Assembly (NCBI GenBank): GCA_965203515.1
Contig: OZ241907.1
Span: 3,136,001 to 3,200,000, forward strand
Direction: 5' to 3'
Source of the DNA: Spirochaetia bacterium
GTDB lineage: Bacteria > Spirochaetota > Spirochaetia > SZUA-6 > Bin103
DNA: 64,000 nt
A program made the position numbers and the translations under genes. Shown here in pieces: positions 31,708-42,431 of the stretch (position 1 is the first letter of the stretch; every line of letters begins with the position of its first letter). The notes beneath the pieces were generated by a model, which was not told where the DNA came from, searched no databases, and was given only the letters and a program-made list of their open reading frames with translations.

Positions 31708-32727
31708 TCAGGGTTCGCGGGTAGCGGCGGCTCGCCGCCGGAGTCGTTCGATCTGCGGCGCGATCGCGGCGAGCGCCGCGCGGCGGGCCTGTTCGATGCT
31801 TCCGTGAAAGGTGCAGCCGGCCGCTTGCGGGTGGCCGCCGCCGCCCAGCGCGCGCGCGCACGAGCCGACGTCTACGGCCGTGGTCGAACGCATGCTCACC
31901 GAACACTCGCCCGGCCGCTCCTCGCGCACCACCACCAGCGCTTCGGTGCCGGCGACCGTCTGCAGCAGCGAATGGAGATCGTCATCACCGCGGCCGGCGT
32001 CGCCGATCTCGGCGCGGTCGCTCGCGTACTGCGCGGTGTACAGCAGCAGGCCGTCGTACAGCCGCTCGGTGCGGGCGAGCATGCGGCCCAGCATCACCCG
32101 GCGCTCGAACGGGCGGGAGCCGAACATGCTGTGGTAGGCGGACTCGGTGCTGGCGCCGGCATCGACCAGGCGGGCGACGGCTCGGAACACGTAACCGGTC
32201 TCCGTGCGCAGGTGCCGGAAGAAACCGGTGTCGGTGCAGGTGCCGAACAGCAGCAGGTCCGCCTCCTCCTTCGTCGGCCGATCCCCGGAAAGCTCGATGA
32301 GCCCCTGCACGATGAGCGCGGTGGCGGGCACGGCCGGGGCGATCAGGCGCACGTCTCCGAACGGTTCGCCGATCGCGTGGTGGTCGATCACCAGCGTCGG
32401 CAGTCCCTGAATGCCGGTCCCGGGTTCGCCCGTGCGGTCGGCGGTGGAGCAGTCCAGGACGATGGCCGCCGCATCGCCGGCGCGGTCGTCCGGGGTCACG
32501 CGGGGCTGGAAGCGGGTCGCCAGGGAGGCGATCTCCGGCCGGGTGAACGGGCCCTGGCAGAAGGTGCGCGCCTGCTTGCCGCGGCGTCTCAGGAAGCTGG
32601 CGAGCGCCAGGGGAGAGGCCAGGCAGTCCGCGTCCGGCTCCCGGTGGCCGAGCAGGAGGTAGGTGTCGTGATCGTCGAGGAACCGCTTGACGGGCGTGGT
32701 GAGCTGGAACGGGTAGGGATGAGACAC
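31708..32727 (-). CDS. DHH-DHHA1 phosphoesterase (NrnA-like nanoRNase/pAp phosphatase)
   Basis: GHREPDADC, LDC, IDHH, TDTGFF, SMRS, GGGGHPQAAG; start uncertain (frame stays open to 32901 through the VNTR). Confidence 0.9.
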   Translation of the reverse strand: MSHPYPFQLTTPVKRFLDDHDTYLLLGHREPDADCLASPLALASFLRRRGKQARTFCQGPFTRPEIASLATRFQPRVTPDDRAGDAAAIVLDCSTADRTGEPGTGIQGLPTLVIDHHAIGEPFGDVRLIAPAVPATALIVQGLIELSGDRPTKEEADLLLFGTCTDTGFFRHLRTETGYVFRAVARLVDAGASTESAYHSMFGSRPFERRVMLGRMLARTERLYDGLLLYTAQYASDRAEIGDAGRGDDDLHSLLQTVAGTEALVVVREERPGECSVSMRSTTAVDVGSCARALGGGGHPQAAGCTFHGSIEQARRAALAAIAPQIERLRRRAAATREP

Positions 32728-32751
32728 GGCTACAGACGATGGGTGTGCGAA

Positions 32752-32872
32752 ATCGCGGTTCCGGCCGCCGGGATCGCGGTTCCGACCGCCGGGATCGCGG
32801 TTCCGACCGCCGGGATCGCGGTTCCGACCGCCGGGATCGCGGTTCCGACCGCCGGGGTCGCGGTTCCGGCCG
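32752..32872. repeat. 21-bp tandem repeat (VNTR), ~5.8 copies
   Basis: Unit ATCGCGGTTCCGACCGCCGGG; copies start at 32752, 32773, 32794, 32815, 32836 and 32857 (partial); no spacers. Confidence 0.95.
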
Positions 32873-32935
32873 ACCTTAGCAGTCCGGTGAACGCCCGGCA
32901 ATTGCGCGCCCCTGCCGGGTTCGGCCGGGAGGCAT

Positions 32936-34123
32936 TCACCGCGAAGGGACGAGCAGCAGCGCGTCCTGCGCCGGTCCGCCCGACACCACCGGCCGGCCGC
33001 AGCGCACGGATACGTCGATCTCGGTCCGCATGCCGAACTCCTCCGGGAAGTAGACGCCGGGTTCGACCGAGAAGCAGGAGCCCTCGGTGATCGGGCGTTC
33101 GTCCGGAAACTCGAACGAGTCCAGGTTCACGCCGGACCCGTGCAGGTCGGTGTCGATGCTGTGGCCGGTGCGGTGCCGTACCGCGGCGAGCAGACCGCGT
33201 TCGGCCAACTCCTGGCGGCAGGCGTGGTCGACGCTGCTGCCGGATACCGTGCGGCCCGCCGCCGCGGCGCCGGCCAGAAAGGTCACCGCGCGCTCGCGGG
33301 CGGCGCGCACCGCGTCGAAGACGTGCCCCTGCCGTGCGGTCGGACGGTCGGCGGCCACGCCGATCCAGGAGATGTCGGCGTAGACCGCTCCTGGCGCCGG
33401 CTCCTTGCACCACAGGTCGAACTGCACCACCTGACCGGCGGCGAGCACCGCGCCGGCCCCGGTCGGGCTGTAGTGGGGATCGGCCGAGTTGGCGCCGAAG
33501 GCGACGATCGGCGCGTGGTCGGTGAGCAGCCCCCGCTCCGCGAACGCTGCCAGCATCCGGTCGCGCACTGCTCCCTCGGTTATCCGCTGCCGCGCCGCGC
33601 AGGCGCGCGCGATGCGTTGCCAGCAGTCGGCGACGATGCGGTGGAGGGCTGCTGCGGCGCGGTCGTGGCTGGCGAGCTGCGCGCCGCTCAGACCGCCCAG
33701 CGTCCATTGCACCAGCTCTTCCGACGGCCGCAGCATGAAGCCGGCCTGCTCCAGCAGGCGCGCGGTGCCGTGATCAAGGGTCGACAGGCGCGGCAGGGTG
33801 AGCGAGCACTGCGCCGCCAGGCAGCTGCCGGGAGGCGCCAGGCGGACGAGGTGCTCGGCGAAGCGAGCACGCGACGCGTACCGCCAGGTCGTCCCGTCGA
33901 CGTGGTCCAGGGTGCCGGCTTCGATGTCGTGGACCAGCTTCAGCACCTCGCCGCCGGGGCGGATGAGCGCCAGCCACGGCCGCGTGTTGGTCGCTTCGGG
34001 GTCGATGCCGAACACCGCGTCGGCGATCTGATCGCGGTGGTAGACGTTGTAGAACAGCCAGCCGGCGCAGCCGGACCGGCGGACGGCGGCGTGCGCCTGA
34101 TGAAGCCGCCCGGCGCCGGTCAC
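32936..34123 (-). CDS. M24 family (Xaa-Pro) metallopeptidase
   Basis: ADPHY, FDLW...YADISW, HRTGHSI, FSVEPGVY, GMRTE. Confidence 0.88.
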   Translation of the reverse strand: MTGAGRLHQAHAAVRRSGCAGWLFYNVYHRDQIADAVFGIDPEATNTRPWLALIRPGGEVLKLVHDIEAGTLDHVDGTTWRYASRARFAEHLVRLAPPGSCLAAQCSLTLPRLSTLDHGTARLLEQAGFMLRPSEELVQWTLGGLSGAQLASHDRAAAALHRIVADCWQRIARACAARQRITEGAVRDRMLAAFAERGLLTDHAPIVAFGANSADPHYSPTGAGAVLAAGQVVQFDLWCKEPAPGAVYADISWIGVAADRPTARQGHVFDAVRAARERAVTFLAGAAAAGRTVSGSSVDHACRQELAERGLLAAVRHRTGHSIDTDLHGSGVNLDSFEFPDERPITEGSCFSVEPGVYFPEEFGMRTEIDVSVRCGRPVVSGGPAQDALLLVPSR

Positions 34124-35049
34124 GCGTCGCCGACCAGCGTCGCCAGCATCAGCGCCTTGGCGGTGTGCTTGCGGTTCTCGGCCTGCTCCCAGACCATCGA
34201 GCAGGGCGCTTCGAAGACGGCGTCAGTTACCTCGTTGCCCTTCACCGCCGGCAGGTCGTGCATGAAGATGGCGGTGCCGCCCGCCCGTCGCATCAGCGCG
34301 TCGTTCACCTGATAGCCGGCCAGGAGCCGGAAGCGTTCCGCTTCGCGATCCTCCTCGCCCATGGAGGCCCACACGTCGGTGTACACCACGTCGGCCCCGT
34401 CCACGGCGCCGACGTCGGCGCTCACCGTGAGAGGGGCTGCCGAGCCGTTTCGGCAGGCGTCGACCAGCACCGGGTCCGGTTGCAGCTCGCGCGGCGCCAC
34501 CAGCGTGCAGCCGACGCCGGTCATCGAGCAGCCGACCATGAGCGATGTGGCGACGTTGTTCCGCGCGTCGCCTACGTAGGCCAGGGAGACGCCCTCGAGG
34601 GAGCCGTAGTGCTCGCGGATGGTCAGCAGATCGGCAAGCACCTGGGTCGGGTGACGGGTGTCGGTGAGGCCGTTGTAGACCGGGATGCCCGCATAGCGCG
34701 CCAGGGTCTCCACCGTCTCCTGCGCGTAGCCGCGGTACTGGATGGCGTCGTACATGCGGCCGAAGACCCGCGCCGTGTCTTCGAGCGATTCCTTGACGCC
34801 GAGCTGCAACTCGTCCCGGTTCATCACCACCGGGAAGCCGCCCTCTTCCCCGAATGCGGTCGCAAAGGCGGAGCGGGTGCGGGTCGACGGCTTCTCGTAC
34901 AGCATGGCCAGCGTGAGCCCGGCGAAGCGTCGATGCCGCTCGCCGGCGCGGCGTTGCCGCTTCACGCGGGCGGAGAGGTCGAGCAGCTCGCCCAGCTCGC
35001 CGGGCGACAGGTCGCGCAGCGTGAGCAGCGAGCGTCCGAGCAGGTTCAT
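34120..35049 (-). CDS. argF: Ornithine carbamoyltransferase
   Basis: KPSTRTR, ESLEDTARV, NGLTD..HPTQ, GDARNN, DVWASMGEE, HDLPA, QAENR; SD GGAGGT before ATG 35049. Confidence 0.88.
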   Translation of the reverse strand: MNLLGRSLLTLRDLSPGELGELLDLSARVKRQRRAGERHRRFAGLTLAMLYEKPSTRTRSAFATAFGEEGGFPVVMNRDELQLGVKESLEDTARVFGRMYDAIQYRGYAQETVETLARYAGIPVYNGLTDTRHPTQVLADLLTIREHYGSLEGVSLAYVGDARNNVATSLMVGCSMTGVGCTLVAPRELQPDPVLVDACRNGSAAPLTVSADVGAVDGADVVYTDVWASMGEEDREAERFRLLAGYQVNDALMRRAGGTAIFMHDLPAVKGNEVTDAVFEAPCSMVWEQAENRKHTAKALMLATLVGDA

Positions 35050-35155
35050 GTCTACCTCCAGGGTGCGGAGCTCAGAACGAAGCGCGTAACCTACCGACAA
35101 GTCGCCGGGAGCGGCAACCCCGGCAGGCGGGCGAACGAACTGCGCGACCATACAT

Positions 35156-35185
35156 TTGACGGCGGGAAACCCGTTTCCCTATAGT
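35156..35185 (+). promoter_or_regulatory. sigma70-type promoter of tRNA-Leu
   Basis: TTGACG-N18-TATAGT followed by a GC-rich stretch, 21 nt before the tRNA. Confidence 0.65.
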
Positions 35186-35206
35186 GCGAATCGACCCGCC
35201 CGGGCC

Positions 35207-35292
35207 GCTGCGGTGGTGGAATTGGTAGACACGCTAGCTTGAGGGGCTAGTGGGAGTTACATCCCGTGAAGGTTCAAGTCCTTTCCGCAGCA
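35207..35292 (+). tRNA. tRNA-Leu(GAG)
   Basis: GCTGCGG/CCGCAGC acceptor, GGAATTGGTAGAC D-loop, CTAGC-TTGAGGG-GCTAG, variable arm, GGTTCAAGTCC. Confidence 0.95.
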
Positions 35293-35293
35293 A

Positions 35294-35845
35294 GTGGAGC
35301 TTCTGAAGAAGGCGTACGTCCTGGCACCGCTCGCGCTGGTTCTGGCAGCGTGCGAAACGGGACCGACCGGACCGAAAGGGGAGCCCGGTCCCCCGGGTAC
35401 GTCGGCGCCGGTGCTCGTTTGCGTACCGGGCGACGACCCGATTCCGGTACCATCCACCATCGGTGAAGGCGGTTTCGTCAGGAACCAGCAGCGGCCGCAG
35501 GAGGGTATGTACGAGCATGCGTTCGAGCTGCCGGCAGACGACGTGCCGAGCGCTCGGGTCTGGATACGGCGTCCGGGAGACACGCACCCTGTCGAACGAC
35601 ACAGCATCGTCGGCGCAACCGCGCTCGGCACCACGTACACGCTGGAAGTGACTCCCGCGACCGGCAAGGTACGAATGCTTCTCGTCGGCCACGGGTATGG
35701 TCATGAAGCCCCTCCGTCCTCCCCGCCCATAGTGGAGAGCGTTCAGCGGCAGGAAAGCGCGCACCCCGGTGCATCGGTACTCGATTACGCCGTTGCCGCG
35801 CTCGACGGCGTCACGGTGTACGTGCGCGTCTGTCCTAGCGAATAA
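35294..35845 (+). CDS. Putative lipoprotein with a short collagen-like Gly-X-Y stretch
   Basis: KK + hydrophobic stretch + LAAC lipobox, then GPTGPKGEPGPPG. Confidence 0.6.
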   Translation: MELLKKAYVLAPLALVLAACETGPTGPKGEPGPPGTSAPVLVCVPGDDPIPVPSTIGEGGFVRNQQRPQEGMYEHAFELPADDVPSARVWIRRPGDTHPVERHSIVGATALGTTYTLEVTPATGKVRMLLVGHGYGHEAPPSSPPIVESVQRQESAHPGASVLDYAVAALDGVTVYVRVCPSE

Positions 35846-35847
35846 CG

Positions 35848-39024
<3,177 letters not shown>

Positions 39025-39091
39025 CGAGTTTCGGAGTCTGTCCGGAATGCCGCCGGGACGGCAAGGGCCGGATCGGCGGCGCCGCCCGCCG

Positions 39092-40015
39092 TCATCCCTT
39101 CACGGCGCCCAGCACCAGTCCCTTGGTGAAGTAGCGCTGCAGGAACGGATAGACCAGCAGGATCGGCACCATGCCGATGAAGATCTGCGCCGCCTTCGAG
39201 TTCTCGTCGGAGATGAACCGGAAGAAATCCTGGTCGGCGTAGTCGAGGTCCACGGAGGTGAGGTCGATCAGGATGGTGCGCAGATAGCTGGCGAGCGGAA
39301 ACTTGCGCGGGTCGTTGAGGTAGATCGTCCCGAAGAACCACTCGTTCCAGTGGAACACCAGCACGAACAGGGAGATGGTGGCGATCGCCGCGGTGGAGAC
39401 CGGCAGAAAGACGCGCCACAGGATCTGCAGGTGGCCGGCGCCGTCGATGAACGCCGCTTCCTCCAGTTCGACCGGGACGCGGCGAAAGAAGTTGAGCAGC
39501 AGGATGATGTTGAACATCTGCGTCGGCAGCAACGGGATCAACAGCGACCAGAAGCGGTTGATGAGCCCCATCTTGAGCACCACGAAGTAGGTCGGGATCA
39601 GCCCCCCGTTGAACAGCATGGTGATGAACAGGAACCAGATGTAGGCGCTGCGCCACGGGAACAGCTTTGGCCGCTTCGACAGCGCATAGGCGGTGATGCA
39701 GTTGAACACCATGAACAGGGGCAACGCCGCGCCGAGTCGCAGGAACGAGACGCCGACCGAGCGCAGGAACTCCACGCGGGTGGCTACGAACTCGTACGCC
39801 TTGGTGTTGAATCCCACCGGCCACAGCCCGACCAGGTTGGCGACCGCGGCGGCGCCGGTGCTGAACGACACCGCCAGGATGTGGAGCAGCGGGATGAAGC
39901 AGATCGCCGCGTACAGCGCCATCAGCGTGTAGTTGCCGACCTGGAAGGCGATCCGGCCCGGCCCGATCCGTTTGCGCAGCCGGCGCGGGGCGTCGGCTGC
40001 CGCCTGTTCGGCCAT
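39092..40015 (-). CDS. Carbohydrate ABC transporter permease (LplC/UgpE-like)
   Basis: MLFNGGLIPTY, EAA motif ELEEAAFIDGA, HWNEWF, YPFLQRYFTKG..LGAVKG. Confidence 0.9.
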   Translation of the reverse strand: MAEQAAADAPRRLRKRIGPGRIAFQVGNYTLMALYAAICFIPLLHILAVSFSTGAAAVANLVGLWPVGFNTKAYEFVATRVEFLRSVGVSFLRLGAALPLFMVFNCITAYALSKRPKLFPWRSAYIWFLFITMLFNGGLIPTYFVVLKMGLINRFWSLLIPLLPTQMFNIILLLNFFRRVPVELEEAAFIDGAGHLQILWRVFLPVSTAAIATISLFVLVFHWNEWFFGTIYLNDPRKFPLASYLRTILIDLTSVDLDYADQDFFRFISDENSKAAQIFIGMVPILLVYPFLQRYFTKGLVLGAVKG

Positions 40016-40400
40016 CAGAAGATACGGTAGTCGGCGTAGCGGACCGCCAACCAGTAGGCGACGCTGATCAGCACCAGCGAAACCACGGACTGGAACAGCC
40101 CTACCGCCGCCGCCGGGCTGTACTGCGCCTCCAGCAGACCGACGCGGTACACGAACGTGCTGATGATGTCGCCGGTTTCGTAGACGACCGGGCTGTACAG
40201 GTTGATGATCTGGTCGAAGCCGGCGTGCAGCTCCTGCCCCAGGCTCAGCACCCCGAGCAGCACGATGACGTGGCCGATGCCGGGGATGGTCACGTACCGG
40301 GTCTGCTGCAGGCGGCTGGCGCCGTCGATGGAGGCGGCCGCGTACAGGTTTTCGTCGATCCCGGTGAGCGCCGCCAGGTAGATGATGGCCGCGCCGAATC
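40015..40400 (-). pseudogene. 5'-truncated carbohydrate ABC permease (LplB-like, C-terminal part only)
   Basis: FGAAIIYLAALTGIDENLYAAASIDGA...DIISTFVYRVGL; recognisable homology stops ~50 nt from the mutM stop, with no room for the N-terminal TM segments. Confidence 0.8.
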
Positions 40401-40452
40401 GTACACGATCACGGCCCCGTTCAGGCAAGCCGGCCGGCGGAGCGGACCGTGT

Positions 40453-41268
40453 TTACCGGCGCTGGCAGCGCGGGCAATGGAAGCTGGAGCGGCCGCCCTG
40501 GCGGAGCGCGCGGATCGCCGCGCCGCAGCGCGGGCACGGCCGGCCGGCGCGGCCGTAGACGGCAAGCTCGATGGAGAACAGCCCCGGATCGCCGCCCGGC
40601 GTACGGTAGTCGCGCAGCGTGGTGCCGCCGGCGTCGACCGCCCGCTGCAGCACGGTACGCACCGCGGCCGCGAGCCGCTCCAGACGCACCCGGCCAAGTC
40701 GGCCGGCGGCCGTGCGCGGATGCACGCGCGCCAGGAACAGCGCCTCGCTCGCATAGATGTTGCCGATGCCGGCGACGATGCGGCCGTTCAGCAACAGGTC
40801 CTTGATCGAGACCGTGCGCCGGCGGCTCACCGAGAACAGGTAGCGCCCGTCGAACCGGTCGCCCAGCGGCTCCGGCCCCAGCCCGGCAAGCAGCGGGTGA
40901 TCGCCGGGAGCGGCGGCCACGTGCAGCGACCCGAACCGCCGCGGATCGCGCAGCCGCACCGCCAGACCCGAGCTCAGCACCACGTCGACGTGGTCGTGCC
41001 GCGCCGGCGGCGCATCCGCGCGCACCAGCAGGAGCCGCCCGGACATGCCCAGGTGCGCGATCAGGCTCTCCGGCCCGGCATCGATCACCAGGTACTTGGC
41101 CCGGCGCCGTACGTCGCGCACGGTGCGCCCCGCCAGCCGCGGCGGCAGGTCGTCCGCCACCGGCCAGCGCAACCGCGGTTCGCGGACCACGACCCGGGCG
41201 ATGCGCCGGCCGCGCAGCGCCGGCCGCACGCCGCGGACGATCGTCTCCACCTCCGGCAGCTCCGGCAC
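40453..41268 (-). CDS. mutM: Formamidopyrimidine-DNA glycosylase
   Basis: PELPEVE, HLGMSG, DPRRFG, GIGNIYASE, C-terminal zinc finger. Confidence 0.97.
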   Translation of the reverse strand: MPELPEVETIVRGVRPALRGRRIARVVVREPRLRWPVADDLPPRLAGRTVRDVRRRAKYLVIDAGPESLIAHLGMSGRLLLVRADAPPARHDHVDVVLSSGLAVRLRDPRRFGSLHVAAAPGDHPLLAGLGPEPLGDRFDGRYLFSVSRRRTVSIKDLLLNGRIVAGIGNIYASEALFLARVHPRTAAGRLGRVRLERLAAAVRTVLQRAVDAGGTTLRDYRTPGGDPGLFSIELAVYGRAGRPCPRCGAAIRALRQGGRSSFHCPRCQRR

Positions 41269-41317
41269 GCCGTAGACGCTACGCGCCCGGCTCCGGGGTG
41301 TACAGCGGCGCCGGCCG

Positions 41318-41376
41318 CTAACGCCATGCTAACGGCCTTCTAACGTTCGCTAGCGGATCGCCAAACGTTCGCTAGC
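41318..41376 (+). promoter_or_regulatory. PHO-box-like 11-bp-periodic direct repeats upstream of pstS
   Basis: CTAAC at 41318, 41329, 41340; CTAGC/CCAAA/CTAGC at 41350, 41361, 41372. Confidence 0.6.
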
Positions 41377-41424
41377 GACCACCCGGGACACTGCCTGCGG
41401 ATTCACCATCGCAAGGGGAGAAAC

Positions 41425-42408
41425 ATGCGAACCTACCGAATCATCGCGGGCGCCGCGGCGGCCATGGCGCTCACGTCGATGACCGCGCCGGCCCAGGTGT
41501 CGGTAGACCCGGCGCTTTCCGGCTACGAGCCGGTGCAGGGCGTGTCGGGCAGTCTCAAGAGCGTCGGCTCGGACACCATGAACAACACCATGACGCTGTG
41601 GGCCGAAGGCTTTCTGGGCATGTACCCGAACGTCCGCATCGAGATCGAGGGCAAGGGCTCCAGCACCGCCCCGCCGGCGCTGATCGCCGGAACGTCGCAG
41701 TTCGGTCCGATGAGCCGCGAGATGAAGGCAGCCGAGGTCGACCAGTTCGAGAGTCGATACGGCTATCCGCCGACCGGTCTGCCGGCCGCCATCGACATGC
41801 TTGCGGTGTACGCCAACAAGGACAACCCGATCTGCACGATGGGGCTGACCCTGCAGCAGGTCGACGCGATCTTCTCGACCAATCGCCGCGGCGGTCACGC
41901 CAGCGGCATCCGCACCTGGGGAGACGCCGGCGTGTCCGACGGCGCCTGGGTCGACCGGCCGATCAGCCTGTACGGCCGTAACTCGGCGTCCGGCACCTAC
42001 GGCTACTTCAAGAAGGCCGTGCTGGGCGACGGCGACTACAAGCCGTCGGTGAAGGAGCAGCCCGGCAGCTCGTCGGTCGTGCAGGGCGTCGCCAGCGACG
42101 CTCCCGGCATCGGCTACTCCGGCATCGGCTACCTCACCGCCGACGTGTGCGCGGTGCCGTTGGCGGTCGACGCCGCCGGCGAGCCGGTCCCGGCCACCGC
42201 AGAGTACGCCTATACCGGCGAGTATCCGCTGTCGCGGTTTCTGTACGTGTACGTGAATCACCGTCCCGGCGGCGATCTCGACCCGTTGCGGCGCGAATTC
42301 GTCCGCTACCTGTACAGTGCGAAAGGACAGCAGGACGTGATCAAGGACGGCTACTACCCGATCACGAACGCGATCGCCACAGAGGCGATGACGGCGCTGG
42401 GTCTCTGA
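41425..42408 (+). CDS. pstS: Phosphate ABC transporter substrate-binding protein
   Basis: Signal peptide, VGSDTM, GKGSSTA, MSREMK, GRNSASGTYGYF, YPLSRFLYVY. Confidence 0.94.
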   Translation: MRTYRIIAGAAAAMALTSMTAPAQVSVDPALSGYEPVQGVSGSLKSVGSDTMNNTMTLWAEGFLGMYPNVRIEIEGKGSSTAPPALIAGTSQFGPMSREMKAAEVDQFESRYGYPPTGLPAAIDMLAVYANKDNPICTMGLTLQQVDAIFSTNRRGGHASGIRTWGDAGVSDGAWVDRPISLYGRNSASGTYGYFKKAVLGDGDYKPSVKEQPGSSSVVQGVASDAPGIGYSGIGYLTADVCAVPLAVDAAGEPVPATAEYAYTGEYPLSRFLYVYVNHRPGGDLDPLRREFVRYLYSAKGQQDVIKDGYYPITNAIATEAMTALGL

Positions 42409-42431
42409 GCGAGACCCGGCGGCGAGGGCGC

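Noticed and set aside
32752..32872. 21-bp repeat as a CRISPR array or iterons
   Set aside because: Head-to-tail copies with no spacers; no cas or rep gene nearby
35207..35845. Prophage or integrative element at tRNA-Leu
   Set aside because: No integrase, and I noticed no duplicated tRNA 3' end in the window
39025..39091. T-box riboswitch upstream of ileS
   Set aside because: The intergenic gap is only 67 nt and has no T-box motif
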